Positions 50,260-59,654 of a stretch of DNA of 64,000 bases are shown here, piece after piece. A program made the position numbers and the translations under genes. Numbering within the stretch: the first letter of the stretch is position 1; every line of letters begins with the position of its first letter. The stretch comes from Caldisericia bacterium. GTDB lineage: Bacteria; Caldisericota; Caldisericia; JAAYUI01. The notes beneath the pieces are model-generated. The model was not told where the DNA came from, ran no database searches, and saw only the letters and a program-made list of their open reading frames with translations. Where the stretch lies: assembly GCA_963674785.1 (NCBI GenBank), contig OY771555.1, positions 1,472,001-1,536,000 on the forward strand. The letters are read 5' to 3'.

Positions 50260-50656
50260 CGAGGTTGTACCGAAAAAACTCAGAGAAAAACCTTTAGTTC
50301 TTGTTGTCGATGATTCTCCAACTATTAGGCGAGTTATTGATATGGCCTTCTCCGACACTAATTGTGAGGTGGTCTCGGCTAAAGATGGGCTTGAGGCTCT
50401 TAAAAAAACGAAGGAATATGACCCTGATATAATCATTTTGGATGTTATGTTGCCACTCTATAATGGCTATCAGGTGTGTTCATTACTTAAGAAAAATCCA
50501 AAATTTAAGCATATACCGATAATAATGCTTACCGCGAAATCTGGCACGATTGATAGAATTAGGGGAAGGTTTGCTCATGCCGATATGTACCTTGCAAAGC
50601 CTTTTTCTAAAGAAGAGTTGATCGATGCCTATAATAAATTCATTCAGGAGGAATAA
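50252..50656 (+). CDS. Response regulator, PilG/PatA-REC-like
   Basis: VVDDSPTIR, LDVMLP..NGYQVC.LLKKN..FKHIPIIMLT, DRIRGR, KPF. Confidence 0.88.
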   Translation: MNNEVVPKKLREKPLVLVVDDSPTIRRVIDMAFSDTNCEVVSAKDGLEALKKTKEYDPDIIILDVMLPLYNGYQVCSLLKKNPKFKHIPIIMLTAKSGTIDRIRGRFAHADMYLAKPFSKEELIDAYNKFIQEE

Positions 50657-50658
50657 GG

Positions 50659-51018
50659 ATGGCAAAGATTTTAGTCGTTGATGATGTTCAGGTTGATCTT
50701 GATAGACTCTCTGATATTGCTAGATCACTTGGTCATAATGTTATTACCGCAATGGACGGTGAGGAAGCCCTAAATAAGATTGTCTCGGAAAGGCCTGATT
50801 TGGTGTTGTTGGATGTTGTAATGCCTAAGAAAAATGGATTTCAAGTCTGCAGAGAGATGCGTGGTATGCCAGATGTTGGCGATACCAAAGTTATCATGAT
50901 AACAAGCAAGGCCTCAGAATCAGATAAATTCTATGGTTTAAAGCAGGGTGCAAATGAGTATCTTGGTAAACCTTTTGATGATGAGAAGCTTGCAAAACTA
51001 ATTAAGAAATTCGTGTAA
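50659..51018 (+). CDS. Response regulator, PilH/CheY-like
   Basis: LDVVMPKKNGFQVCR, ITSK..ESDKFYG.KQGA..YL.KPF. Confidence 0.9.
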   Translation: MAKILVVDDVQVDLDRLSDIARSLGHNVITAMDGEEALNKIVSERPDLVLLDVVMPKKNGFQVCREMRGMPDVGDTKVIMITSKASESDKFYGLKQGANEYLGKPFDDEKLAKLIKKFV

Positions 51019-51450
51019 ATGGCTGAAAGATACCTCTCTTTTATAATCTCTGGTCAAGAGTGTGCTCTTGATTCAGATAGAATTATAGAAGTTTTAGATG
51101 ATATCCTTATTACGAAGATTCCACTTGCACCAGAATATGTTATTGGTGTTGCAAATTTCAGAGGCGATCTTGTGGCGATTGTCGACCTCTCTCTTTTTTT
51201 GGGGCAGGGTCAATCCAATTTACCTGAAAAAGCATATCTGATTTGCTCATCAAAGTTGGGTCCAGTCGCTTTAAAGATCGACTCAATAAGGGATATCATT
51301 ATGCCAGAGAAGATTACATTAGCAGAAGAGATTGACGCTGAAATAAACCTTCCACACTTTTTAGGTGTTGTTTCCGGTGAGAAGGGGTTAATAAGGATTT
51401 TGGATATTGATTCGATCCTTTCAGAAATCAATATGAAAAAAGGTGATTAG
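51019..51450 (+). CDS. cheW: CheW/PilI coupling protein
   Basis: ITKIPLAPEYVIGVANFRGDLVAIVDL. Confidence 0.9.
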   Translation: MAERYLSFIISGQECALDSDRIIEVLDDILITKIPLAPEYVIGVANFRGDLVAIVDLSLFLGQGQSNLPEKAYLICSSKLGPVALKIDSIRDIIMPEKITLAEEIDAEINLPHFLGVVSGEKGLIRILDIDSILSEINMKKGD

Positions 51451-51511
51451 AATTGGATTACTTATATAGCTAACCTTTGGGTTTGCTATTTGAATATAAG
51501 GAGGAGTTGCC

Positions 51512-54118
51512 ATGGCTGAAAGACCAGGACTATTGTCTAGAGTACTCAACTTTAGAAGATGGAGAGTCTCATCTAAAATAGCATTTGGAGTTGTTTCTCT
51601 AACTTTGGTTGTATTTATGATCGTTTTCTCGATTTTTGGAGTTTTCTCATCCAGAAATATTGAAGCCCAAATGCAAGAAAACCTTTTATTTCAAACCCAG
51701 ACTGTTGCAACAGAAATCGATAGGAATCTTTTGGAAAGACAGTCGAATCTCCTGGAGTTGGTTCAGCGTGGAAACGCTCCAAAAATCGCGAATCTTATCA
51801 ATTCGTTTTCAAAGGATGAAAGAAGAACCCTGTACAACCAGTCTGCAAATGGTAAAACACTCAATTTGAGTTCAGCATCATACGATATGACTCAATTGAT
51901 GCAGTGGGAAAACACGATGAGAACGATTTCTGAGTTGTACGGGTATTCCAAGGCTGTGCTTACGGCAAGTAATGGAGATATTGTAATTTCATCCGAGCCG
52001 ATTATTGATTATCCATTGCAGAGATTTGAAGAAGAGATAAAACATGGTGGTAAAACTAGTAATGAAAAGCTACCAGAGCCTGGAATGATAAAAGCACTGT
52101 CGACTGATGTTTTAGACAATGTTTCTGATACTGAATGGTTTATGAGAGCACGGAAAAGAACAACAGAATATTCAAAAAGCAAAAATTATGAGGATAAAAT
52201 CTCGATGACTGTTGTCAAAAATGATCCCAATGGTCAAACATGGTCTGTTGTTGTATCTGCTCCAATTGTTGGAGATGTGAATAATTCTGGATTTGTTTCG
52301 TTCTGGTTTCCTGTATCTTCTCTTGGAAAACCAATTGATTTGGTCAACAAAGAAAATCCGGCTATTAATGGTGCTGTTGTTTATATACCGTATGAACCAA
52401 ATGAGTATGAAGTAGACGGGGAAAAAGAGTTAAGATATGAAGCATTGCTTCTTCATCACTCAATTGGTGGTATTGTTGGATGGAGTATAGGATCAATCTA
52501 TTATCTGAGACCTGATGAATATGATGAAGAGGGTAAAATTAGATTGCAGAGTGAGTTTGACAAGGACAAGTATGAACACCCAGACATTCCTTGGACAATC
52601 TATCATTATGAGTTTACCAAGAAGTATGTCTACGACTATCTTGAAGAAGTTCATCATATTAGAGAACAGGAAGGAAAAACAGAAGAAGAAGTCTTGGCAG
52701 ATATTCAAGCAAAAATAAAGGAAACAGCATTAACCTATGATGTTTCAGGTCGAGGTATTCCTCAGCTCTATGTTAACTATGATATTACTCACACAGGTAA
52801 CCAAGTTCTTGCGAATCAGGGAATCGAGATGTTTGCTTATCTTAGAATCACCAGAAGTTCTTATAGAGCACCAATTAACCAGATTATTATCCTTTCAATT
52901 ATTACAACTTTGTTTGCAATGATTCTTTTGGTTTTACTCTTCATTCTTATTATACAAAGACTTATGAATCCACTTCTTGTTCTTAGAGGGGGTATCCAGG
53001 AGGTTTCATTTGGTAACTACGACATTGAGGTTCCTGTTGAAACAGAAGATGAGATCGGTGACCTTGCGAAAACCTTTAACCAAATGATTCAAGATATCAG
53101 GGGTTACGTCCAAACAGAGGCTGACCGAGAGCAACAGGACAATACTATTGCTCAGCTTCTTGATACTATGTCATCAGCATCAGGTGGTGACTTGACTGTT
53201 CAGGCTGAGGTCACAGCTGACATCCTTGGTGGTGTGTCTGACTCCCTTAACTATCTTGTTGCACAGCTTAAAGAGGTTATTTCTGGTGTTATCAACGTCT
53301 CCACGAGTATCGGTGAAAACTCACAGGAGACTCTTCAGTCAACCGAAAAGCTTTCAAATGAATCACAGAAGCAGCTTGAGCTTATTACAGATACATCAAG
53401 TGCTGTAAGTATTATTGCTCAATCAACAGAGGACGCATCATCTCTTGCAGGTAATGCAGCTGATTCCGCTAGACACTCAGCTGAAATAGCTGAGACCGGT
53501 GGAAAGACTGTTGCTGAGGCTGTAGAGGGAATGAACCAGATTAGAGGTTCTGTTGCAGAAATCTCTAAGAGAATCAAAAAACTCGGTGAATCTTCACAGG
53601 AAATCGGAGAAATTGTCGACGTTATTTCTGATATTGCTGAACAGACAAATATGCTTGCTCTTAACGCCGCAATTGAGGCTGCCAGAGCTGGTGAACAGGG
53701 AAAAGGTTTCAGTGTCGTTGCCGATGCTGTTAGGCAGCTTGCTGAAAGGTCTGCAAAAGCCACAAAAGACATTGCTCTACTTATCAGAGGTATTCAGGCA
53801 GAGACTGCTGAAACTGTTGAGGTTATGGAAGAATCAACAAGGCTTGTTGTTGAGGGTTCAAGGTCAGCAGAAACTGCAAGACAAACTCTTGAGCAGATCG
53901 TTGAAAGTTCAAGGATTCTTGCTGAAACAATTTCTGGTGTATCTGAATCATCCAAACAGCAGTCTGAGGCTACTCAGGATATCAACAGATCGATGGGTGA
54001 GATTTCAACAATCACACAAGATACCACTGATGGTGTCTTGAATGTGGCAGAAGCTCTTGCACAAATTGCTGTTCTTGCTGGTGAACTTCAGGAGCTTGTA
54101 TCAAGATTTAGAATCTAG
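51512..54118 (+). CDS. Methyl-accepting chemotaxis protein, PilJ-like
   Basis: Two TMs around a large extracytoplasmic region, HAMP ([14 protein letters not shown]), [37 protein letters not shown]. Confidence 0.95.
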   Translation: MAERPGLLSRVLNFRRWRVSSKIAFGVVSLTLVVFMIVFSIFGVFSSRNIEAQMQENLLFQTQTVATEIDRNLLERQSNLLELVQRGNAPKIANLINSFSKDERRTLYNQSANGKTLNLSSASYDMTQLMQWENTMRTISELYGYSKAVLTASNGDIVISSEPIIDYPLQRFEEEIKHGGKTSNEKLPEPGMIKALSTDVLDNVSDTEWFMRARKRTTEYSKSKNYEDKISMTVVKNDPNGQTWSVVVSAPIVGDVNNSGFVSFWFPVSSLGKPIDLVNKENPAINGAVVYIPYEPNEYEVDGEKELRYEALLLHHSIGGIVGWSIGSIYYLRPDEYDEEGKIRLQSEFDKDKYEHPDIPWTIYHYEFTKKYVYDYLEEVHHIREQEGKTEEEVLADIQAKIKETALTYDVSGRGIPQLYVNYDITHTGNQVLANQGIEMFAYLRITRSSYRAPINQIIILSIITTLFAMILLVLLFILIIQRLMNPLLVLRGGIQEVSFGNYDIEVPVETEDEIGDLAKTFNQMIQDIRGYVQTEADREQQDNTIAQLLDTMSSASGGDLTVQAEVTADILGGVSDSLNYLVAQLKEVISGVINVSTSIGENSQETLQSTEKLSNESQKQLELITDTSSAVSIIAQSTEDASSLAGNAADSARHSAEIAETGGKTVAEAVEGMNQIRGSVAEISKRIKKLGESSQEIGEIVDVISDIAEQTNMLALNAAIEAARAGEQGKGFSVVADAVRQLAERSAKATKDIALLIRGIQAETAETVEVMEESTRLVVEGSRSAETARQTLEQIVESSRILAETISGVSESSKQQSEATQDINRSMGEISTITQDTTDGVLNVAEALAQIAVLAGELQELVSRFRI

Positions 54119-54141
54119 TTTTTAAGGCAAAATCTGTTTTT

Positions 54142-54165
54142 GGGAGCAGACGAATGTTTGCTCCC
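54142..54165 (+). other. Intercistronic stem-loop between MCP and CheA
   Basis: GGGAGCAGAC-gaat-GTTTGCTCCC, no U-tract. Confidence 0.6.
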
Positions 54166-54210
54166 TATGCATATAGATCATCTAGGATTTTTAGTAGTAA
54201 GGAGTTGATA

Positions 54211-56952
54211 GTGGAAGATGAAAAGGTAAACAAATATCTCCCCTCCTTCATTTTTGAGTGTAAGCAACTTTTGGCAAGTATGACTGTCACACTGGAGAAG
54301 ATATCTTCTGGTGATACATCAAACGAAACTTTGTTTGAATTGTATAGGCTTGCGCACTCAATTGGGAGCTCTGCTCTAACCGTTAATTTGGTGAGTGTTT
54401 CAAATATTGCCAGATTGATGGAAGCCGCTCTTGAGCAGTACGGAGAGGAATTCCCTCCAGCGTGGGACACAAATCTTGAAACACTCTTATCTTTCACGAT
54501 TGATAGGCTTGTTGAGGTTATTGCTGAAATAGAAGCTACTGAAAAAAAGGATTTCGAAGCCGATTTTGAAGAAATGAAAGCTTTGTGGGAAGAAGTAAAG
54601 AATATTTTTGAATTTGAGCAAGATGATGCCATAGATGAAGTTGAAGAGGAACCAGTAGAGCCGACAACAAAAGAAGAAAAATCAAGGGAACTTGATAGCG
54701 TTGTAGCTGATTTTTTCAAGATAGAGGCAGAAGAGCACCTCAAAAATCTTCAGGATGGTTTTTTGGGTCTTGAAAAAGATCCAAAAAATGAGCAGCTTAT
54801 TGAAGAAGTTTTTAGAGCTGCTCATACACTTAAGGGGGCTGCATCCACAGTTGGATTTAGATCAACTGAAGTTGCCTCCCATGCAATTGAGGATGTCCTC
54901 GAGCCAATCAGAGATGGTCAGATTGGTTTAACTCCGAACACTGTTGATGTCTTGCTTGGGTCGCTTGATGCTCTAGTTGAGGTGTTTAGGCTCGAATGTG
55001 ATGATGATCCTAAGTCTGCACAGGCAGCCGGCGAGGTTGTGAAGATTCTCGGTAAGCTTTCAGGCAAAGAGGTTGATAAGATTCCTGCTGAAACACAAGT
55101 TTTTTTTGCTGAGAAAAGAGAATCTGGTCAAAAGGACGAGTCTGTTACGGTCAGACTTTCAAAACTCGATTCCCTCATGAATCTATCAGGTGAATTACTT
55201 GTTCAACAATCAAAGCTTGTTGAAACAAGGGAAAAGTTTTCCACTATTGCAGAGTCGGTAAGGTTGTCTTTGAGAAGGCTCGCATCACTGAACACAGATT
55301 TATCCCAGCAACAGCTTATGACAAGGGCTACTCAAGCGATGAAAGTCAGGATTGCTCCTTCTGCTGATGAAGACTCAAAGTTTGCAGATGAGTTTGATGA
55401 GCTTGAGTTGGATAGATATAACGAGCTAGACCGAATTGTGAAAAATGAAACTGAGGTTCATGCAGATTTGACCGAAGCTCTCTTTGATTTGGAAAATGAG
55501 ATTTCTGAGCTTATAGTGAACTCAGATTCATTGATGCAAAGTGTTTCTACGATCCAGGGTTCTGTTATTTCAACAAGACTTATTCCGATTAATCATATTT
55601 TGAATCGATTCCCAAGAATGGTTCGTGATCTTGCAAAATCAGAAAAAAAATTGATTGATCTTCGAATGTACGGAGAAGATGTTGAAGTAGATATTACTGT
55701 TTTAAGAAATATCTTTGACCCACTTTTGCATCTTGTTCGAAACGCAGTACATCATGGGATTGAGACTCCAGAGGTAAGAGATTCTCTTGGAAAATCAAAA
55801 CAAGGTGCAATTACGATTGATGCACGATATGTAGGTAACCAGGTTCTCGTAAATGTTTCAAATGATGGTACGCCACTTGACACCTCAAAGATCTCCGATG
55901 AGGCTGAAAGAATTGGTCTGGCAACAAGAGAAGAACTTGAAAAGATGTCAGATGAGGAAATCAATAACTTTATCTTTTTGAGTGGTTTTTCAACAAGCGA
56001 AGAAACTGGACTTGTTGCTGGAAGAGGTGTGGGGCTTGATGTTGTGAAAAACACTGTTGAGGCAATTGGTGGTTCAATTTCTGTTGAAACATCTGACGCT
56101 TCGACTTCATTTTTGATGACTCTTCCGATCTCTCTCGTTATTTCACAGGGAATTGTCGTTAATGCCTCTGATCAGAAATTTATCTTCCCACTTGGATCAA
56201 TTCAGGAAGTTGCAAAAATCAATAAATCAGATATTGAGATGATAGGCTCAGGACCAGTTGTGAAATATCGAGATGAACTCTTACCCATAAGGTATCTCGA
56301 CGAAATACTGCTTATGGATCCTAAGATTTCTAAGATGTCTGAATTCCCAGTATTAATTGTGTCAAAAGGAGCTTCTTTATCTATGATCGCTGTTTCCTCG
56401 ATTGAGGGAAGACAGGACATAATGATCAAAAAACTCCCGACATGCCTTGAACACATAAATATCTTTTCAGGTGTTTCAATTTTTGGATCGGGATATGCCT
56501 ATCCTGTTTTGAACACATCCGCGATTTTAACAAAAGAGTACACGTTGAAAAAACAAGAACCTCTTGATGTTTTGAAAGAAACTCAAGTTTTGAATATTCT
56601 TGTTGTTGAGGATTCCCTTTCAATGAGAAAGATTTTGAAAATGGATTTAGAATCTGCAGGGTTCAATATATACACAGCATCTTCAGGACTTGAGGCTCTC
56701 GACATTATTGAGAGCAAACCTATTGATGGAATCATTCTTGATATTGAAATGCCTGAAATGGATGGTTTTGAATTTATGTCGATTCTCAGAGACGAGAAGA
56801 CGCTATCGACAATCCCAAAGATGATTATCACATCAAGAGCAGGACAGAAACACCGTGATAAGGCATTTGGATTGGGAGCTGATGCCTATCTAATCAAGCC
56901 TTATGATAAACAGATCGTCCTCTCAACCTTAACAAACCTTGTTTCAGGATAA
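54211..56952 (+). CDS. cheA: CheA/ChpA-like hybrid histidine kinase (2 Hpt, dimerisation, HATPase, CheW, REC)
   Basis: AHSIGSSA and AHTLKGAA Hpt motifs, HLVRNAVHHG, GFST..GRGVGLDVV, C-terminal REC; SD AAGGAG + GTG 54211. Confidence 0.95.
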   Translation: MEDEKVNKYLPSFIFECKQLLASMTVTLEKISSGDTSNETLFELYRLAHSIGSSALTVNLVSVSNIARLMEAALEQYGEEFPPAWDTNLETLLSFTIDRLVEVIAEIEATEKKDFEADFEEMKALWEEVKNIFEFEQDDAIDEVEEEPVEPTTKEEKSRELDSVVADFFKIEAEEHLKNLQDGFLGLEKDPKNEQLIEEVFRAAHTLKGAASTVGFRSTEVASHAIEDVLEPIRDGQIGLTPNTVDVLLGSLDALVEVFRLECDDDPKSAQAAGEVVKILGKLSGKEVDKIPAETQVFFAEKRESGQKDESVTVRLSKLDSLMNLSGELLVQQSKLVETREKFSTIAESVRLSLRRLASLNTDLSQQQLMTRATQAMKVRIAPSADEDSKFADEFDELELDRYNELDRIVKNETEVHADLTEALFDLENEISELIVNSDSLMQSVSTIQGSVISTRLIPINHILNRFPRMVRDLAKSEKKLIDLRMYGEDVEVDITVLRNIFDPLLHLVRNAVHHGIETPEVRDSLGKSKQGAITIDARYVGNQVLVNVSNDGTPLDTSKISDEAERIGLATREELEKMSDEEINNFIFLSGFSTSEETGLVAGRGVGLDVVKNTVEAIGGSISVETSDASTSFLMTLPISLVISQGIVVNASDQKFIFPLGSIQEVAKINKSDIEMIGSGPVVKYRDELLPIRYLDEILLMDPKISKMSEFPVLIVSKGASLSMIAVSSIEGRQDIMIKKLPTCLEHINIFSGVSIFGSGYAYPVLNTSAILTKEYTLKKQEPLDVLKETQVLNILVVEDSLSMRKILKMDLESAGFNIYTASSGLEALDIIESKPIDGIILDIEMPEMDGFEFMSILRDEKTLSTIPKMIITSRAGQKHRDKAFGLGADAYLIKPYDKQIVLSTLTNLVSG

Positions 56953-56965
56953 TGAGATCAACAAC

Positions 56966-57400
56966 ATGACTGAAGATAATGATAGATACTTTTTGATAAC
57001 TGTGAACTGTAGAGATGCTCTAATTCTTCTACCTTCAGGTATTCGGATTTTGCAGGAATATGAATATCGATCTGTGCCAGGGGAATTTGTAAAGGCTCTT
57101 CACTTGGGTACACCTCTTGTTGATTTGGGTCTTGTTTTAGGTGGTGAGGAATCGAAAAAAGCCTTCGGTTTTCATGTTAATGGGTATCCTGGGATACTTG
57201 TCGATAACATATCTGAGTTTCCTGAAATCATTTCTGAATTTTTTTTGACTGATTCATTAGCGAATACCAAAGGTATCTTGATTGAAAAGTGTGCTAAAAC
57301 CAATCGAGGATTACTCCCAGTTTTGTCACTTGAGAAGGTTTTTTCTGTTGAGTTTACAGTTGCGATTGATGAAGAGTTATCACGTAGAGAGTGGATATGA
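56966..57400 (+). CDS. Highly divergent CheW-like protein
   Basis: TPLVDLGLVLG, GILVD, LLPVLSLEK; operon context. Confidence 0.55.
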   Translation: MTEDNDRYFLITVNCRDALILLPSGIRILQEYEYRSVPGEFVKALHLGTPLVDLGLVLGGEESKKAFGFHVNGYPGILVDNISEFPEIISEFFLTDSLANTKGILIEKCAKTNRGLLPVLSLEKVFSVEFTVAIDEELSRREWI

Positions 57401-57828
57401 TTGATACAAAAAATCCAAAGATTTATCTAACGGTTATAATTGGTGGTATAAACTATGCTATTCCTGCATTGGATGTTTTTCTCATAGATGATAAAAGTGA
57501 ATCTGTTTGGATTCCAGTTTTTGGTTCAAGCAATCGATCTGGTGTACTGGTTGGTGATACAGTGATGCCTCATGTGGATATCTATGACCTTTTCGGGATT
57601 GAAATTAAAAACCCAAAAAAGACCTTGCAAATAAAAACTGAAGCTGATGAGTTTGCTATCTCAGTTGACGCTGTGGGTGAAATTATAAATGTTGAAGACA
57701 GTAGCATCAAAAGAATCCCGTCTGTTTTTGAATCAATGGAGCTCTCTCAGATTATCAATAAAGCGATTTTGCGAGAGGGTCAAATCGTTCCAATTATTTC
57801 AGTTGCAAACCTTGTGTCAAGCCTCTGA
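57397..57828 (+). CDS. CheW-like protein (ChpC-like position)
   Basis: YAIP..DV, FAISVDAVGEII, IVPIISV; ATGA overlap. Confidence 0.7.
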   Translation: MIDTKNPKIYLTVIIGGINYAIPALDVFLIDDKSESVWIPVFGSSNRSGVLVGDTVMPHVDIYDLFGIEIKNPKKTLQIKTEADEFAISVDAVGEIINVEDSSIKRIPSVFESMELSQIINKAILREGQIVPIISVANLVSSL

Positions 57829-57837
57829 AGTAGTCTT

Positions 57838-59499
57838 TTAATAATCCTTCTTTTTCTCAATTATATCGATGATAACATCCTCAAGACCGTGTTTTGATTT
57901 TGTGCCTGTTGCTTCAACCCACTCTCCAACAGAGTAGTTGTCAATATTGTACCATTCTGGATTAACTTTAATAATCATTTCTATATTTACGATATTTTTA
58001 ATAGTCATTTGTTGATTGTACGAATCAATGGATATTATCTCACCTTTTGTTTGGTTCAGTTGCTTGAAGGTTGCATTTTCTATTTTCAAATATTCATCTT
58101 CTGAGAGGTCTCCCGTTATCTGGTATATATCACCTCTTCTAAAAAAGCTTTTTCCACCCTTTGTTGGCTCAACAAGCCAAACGGTTTTTGTGAACAAATC
58201 TGAAACCATTGTGTCTGAACCTTTTTTGCTATTTGATGCAATCTTGGCAAGTATTTTGACTTTTGATTTTTCAAGCGTTTCCGCCTTGATTATTTTTGAA
58301 TTATAGCTTTGAATCGAGCCATCGACTCTTACCCAGTCACCCATCTCAAAGGCTTTGCAATTGAAGTCATCAGGAGTCAGTATATTCCATCTTCGCTTGC
58401 CAGTACTAACTGTTATTATCTTGTCTTTCTCGCAAGATTCGCATTCATAGATTTCTCCAGAAAATGAAACAGGCTGAATTATATCCTCATCAATTGGAAA
58501 GATTTCACAAAACTGAAGTGGCAGGTCAGGTATTGTTTCAATCTGGTAGCCAGTTATTCTCACACTTTGGTCGACTTCAATATTTTTTAGCTCTGATTCG
58601 GGTGCTTCCAGAAATGCCTTGTGAACAGTGTTTTGTGTGTCAACAATTGAAACAATTGAATGACTTGGAAGAACCTCGATTACCTTTCCTGCAATATTCC
58701 TTTTACTCAAAATGTCAAGCAAAACACATTCATGAAGGGTTTGTTCGAGTGTAAAGTCTTTTACGCCTTTTACAGCAAACTCCATGTAGCTCTTCAGATG
58801 TTCATTTGGCTGCTCATCTAGGAAATTTACCTGCCAGTATTCGTTGTTAGTTCTTATCCTGAAAAGTCCATCATGCCATCCACCTGACGAGATGATGCAT
58901 GACTTTAATAACCTTTTGTTCTCCTCATCCTCAACAATTTTATAGTTTGCAGATGTAATTAAAAACGGTCGGTTAATTACCGATTTCCCTGTAACCCTCA
59001 AGTTGTCACCAATAGAGAACTCTGTTGTGTCGATGTTCTCATCAAAAACAATCCTGTAGAAACTGAGATTTGACTCGATAACAAATAATCCTTTTTCTCT
59101 GTTGATGGCGTACACAATACCTGTGATTTCTGAGTCAATTTCTTTTTCGCCCACGATGGCGAAATCACAGTTAATATACTTGTAAATAACCTCATCTTCA
59201 GGATTTTTTTCCCTGAAGCATATCGATTCAACGATGTCTCCTGGTTTGAACCATTTTGTTTTTTGATGAGTTGCAAGTTTGATTTTAATAGGTATGTGTT
59301 TTTCCTCATCAACAATCGAGATGTCATTGAAAATCCCATCCAGCACGAAAAGATAATCCTTCCCGTTTGGAATATCAAAGATTGTGAACGTTTTGATCTC
59401 CCGAACCAGTTCCTCCCCGGCTTGAGTATTAACATCTATATTTGTAAAACATGGAGCGACAAGCAAAACAACGCACACGAATACGATCCATTTCTTCAT
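57838..59499 (-). CDS. Secreted protein with about 7 OB-fold-like (DUF5666-like) repeats
   Basis: Signal peptide; repeated G.I.........F..GD.V.V.G pattern. Confidence 0.7.
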   Translation of the reverse strand: MKKWIVFVCVVLLVAPCFTNIDVNTQAGEELVREIKTFTIFDIPNGKDYLFVLDGIFNDISIVDEEKHIPIKIKLATHQKTKWFKPGDIVESICFREKNPEDEVIYKYINCDFAIVGEKEIDSEITGIVYAINREKGLFVIESNLSFYRIVFDENIDTTEFSIGDNLRVTGKSVINRPFLITSANYKIVEDEENKRLLKSCIISSGGWHDGLFRIRTNNEYWQVNFLDEQPNEHLKSYMEFAVKGVKDFTLEQTLHECVLLDILSKRNIAGKVIEVLPSHSIVSIVDTQNTVHKAFLEAPESELKNIEVDQSVRITGYQIETIPDLPLQFCEIFPIDEDIIQPVSFSGEIYECESCEKDKIITVSTGKRRWNILTPDDFNCKAFEMGDWVRVDGSIQSYNSKIIKAETLEKSKVKILAKIASNSKKGSDTMVSDLFTKTVWLVEPTKGGKSFFRRGDIYQITGDLSEDEYLKIENATFKQLNQTKGEIISIDSYNQQMTIKNIVNIEMIIKVNPEWYNIDNYSVGEWVEATGTKSKHGLEDVIIDIIEKKKDY

Positions 59500-59593
59500 C
59501 TGATTACAGCACCTCAAACATAATTACTCTTTTCCCACTCAAAAAGTTCTAACAAATTAACAATATCATACTATTTTAAAAAAGCAATACATG

Positions 59594-59631
59594 AAAAAAG
59601 CCCCTCAAAGACGAGAGTTTGAGGGGCTTTT
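59594..59631 (-). terminator. Terminator of S8 protease gene (possibly bidirectional)
   Basis: AAAAAAGCCCCTCAAA...TTTGAGGGGCTTTT. Confidence 0.85.
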
Positions 59632-59654
59632 GTTAGTTTAGGGTTTTATAAAAG

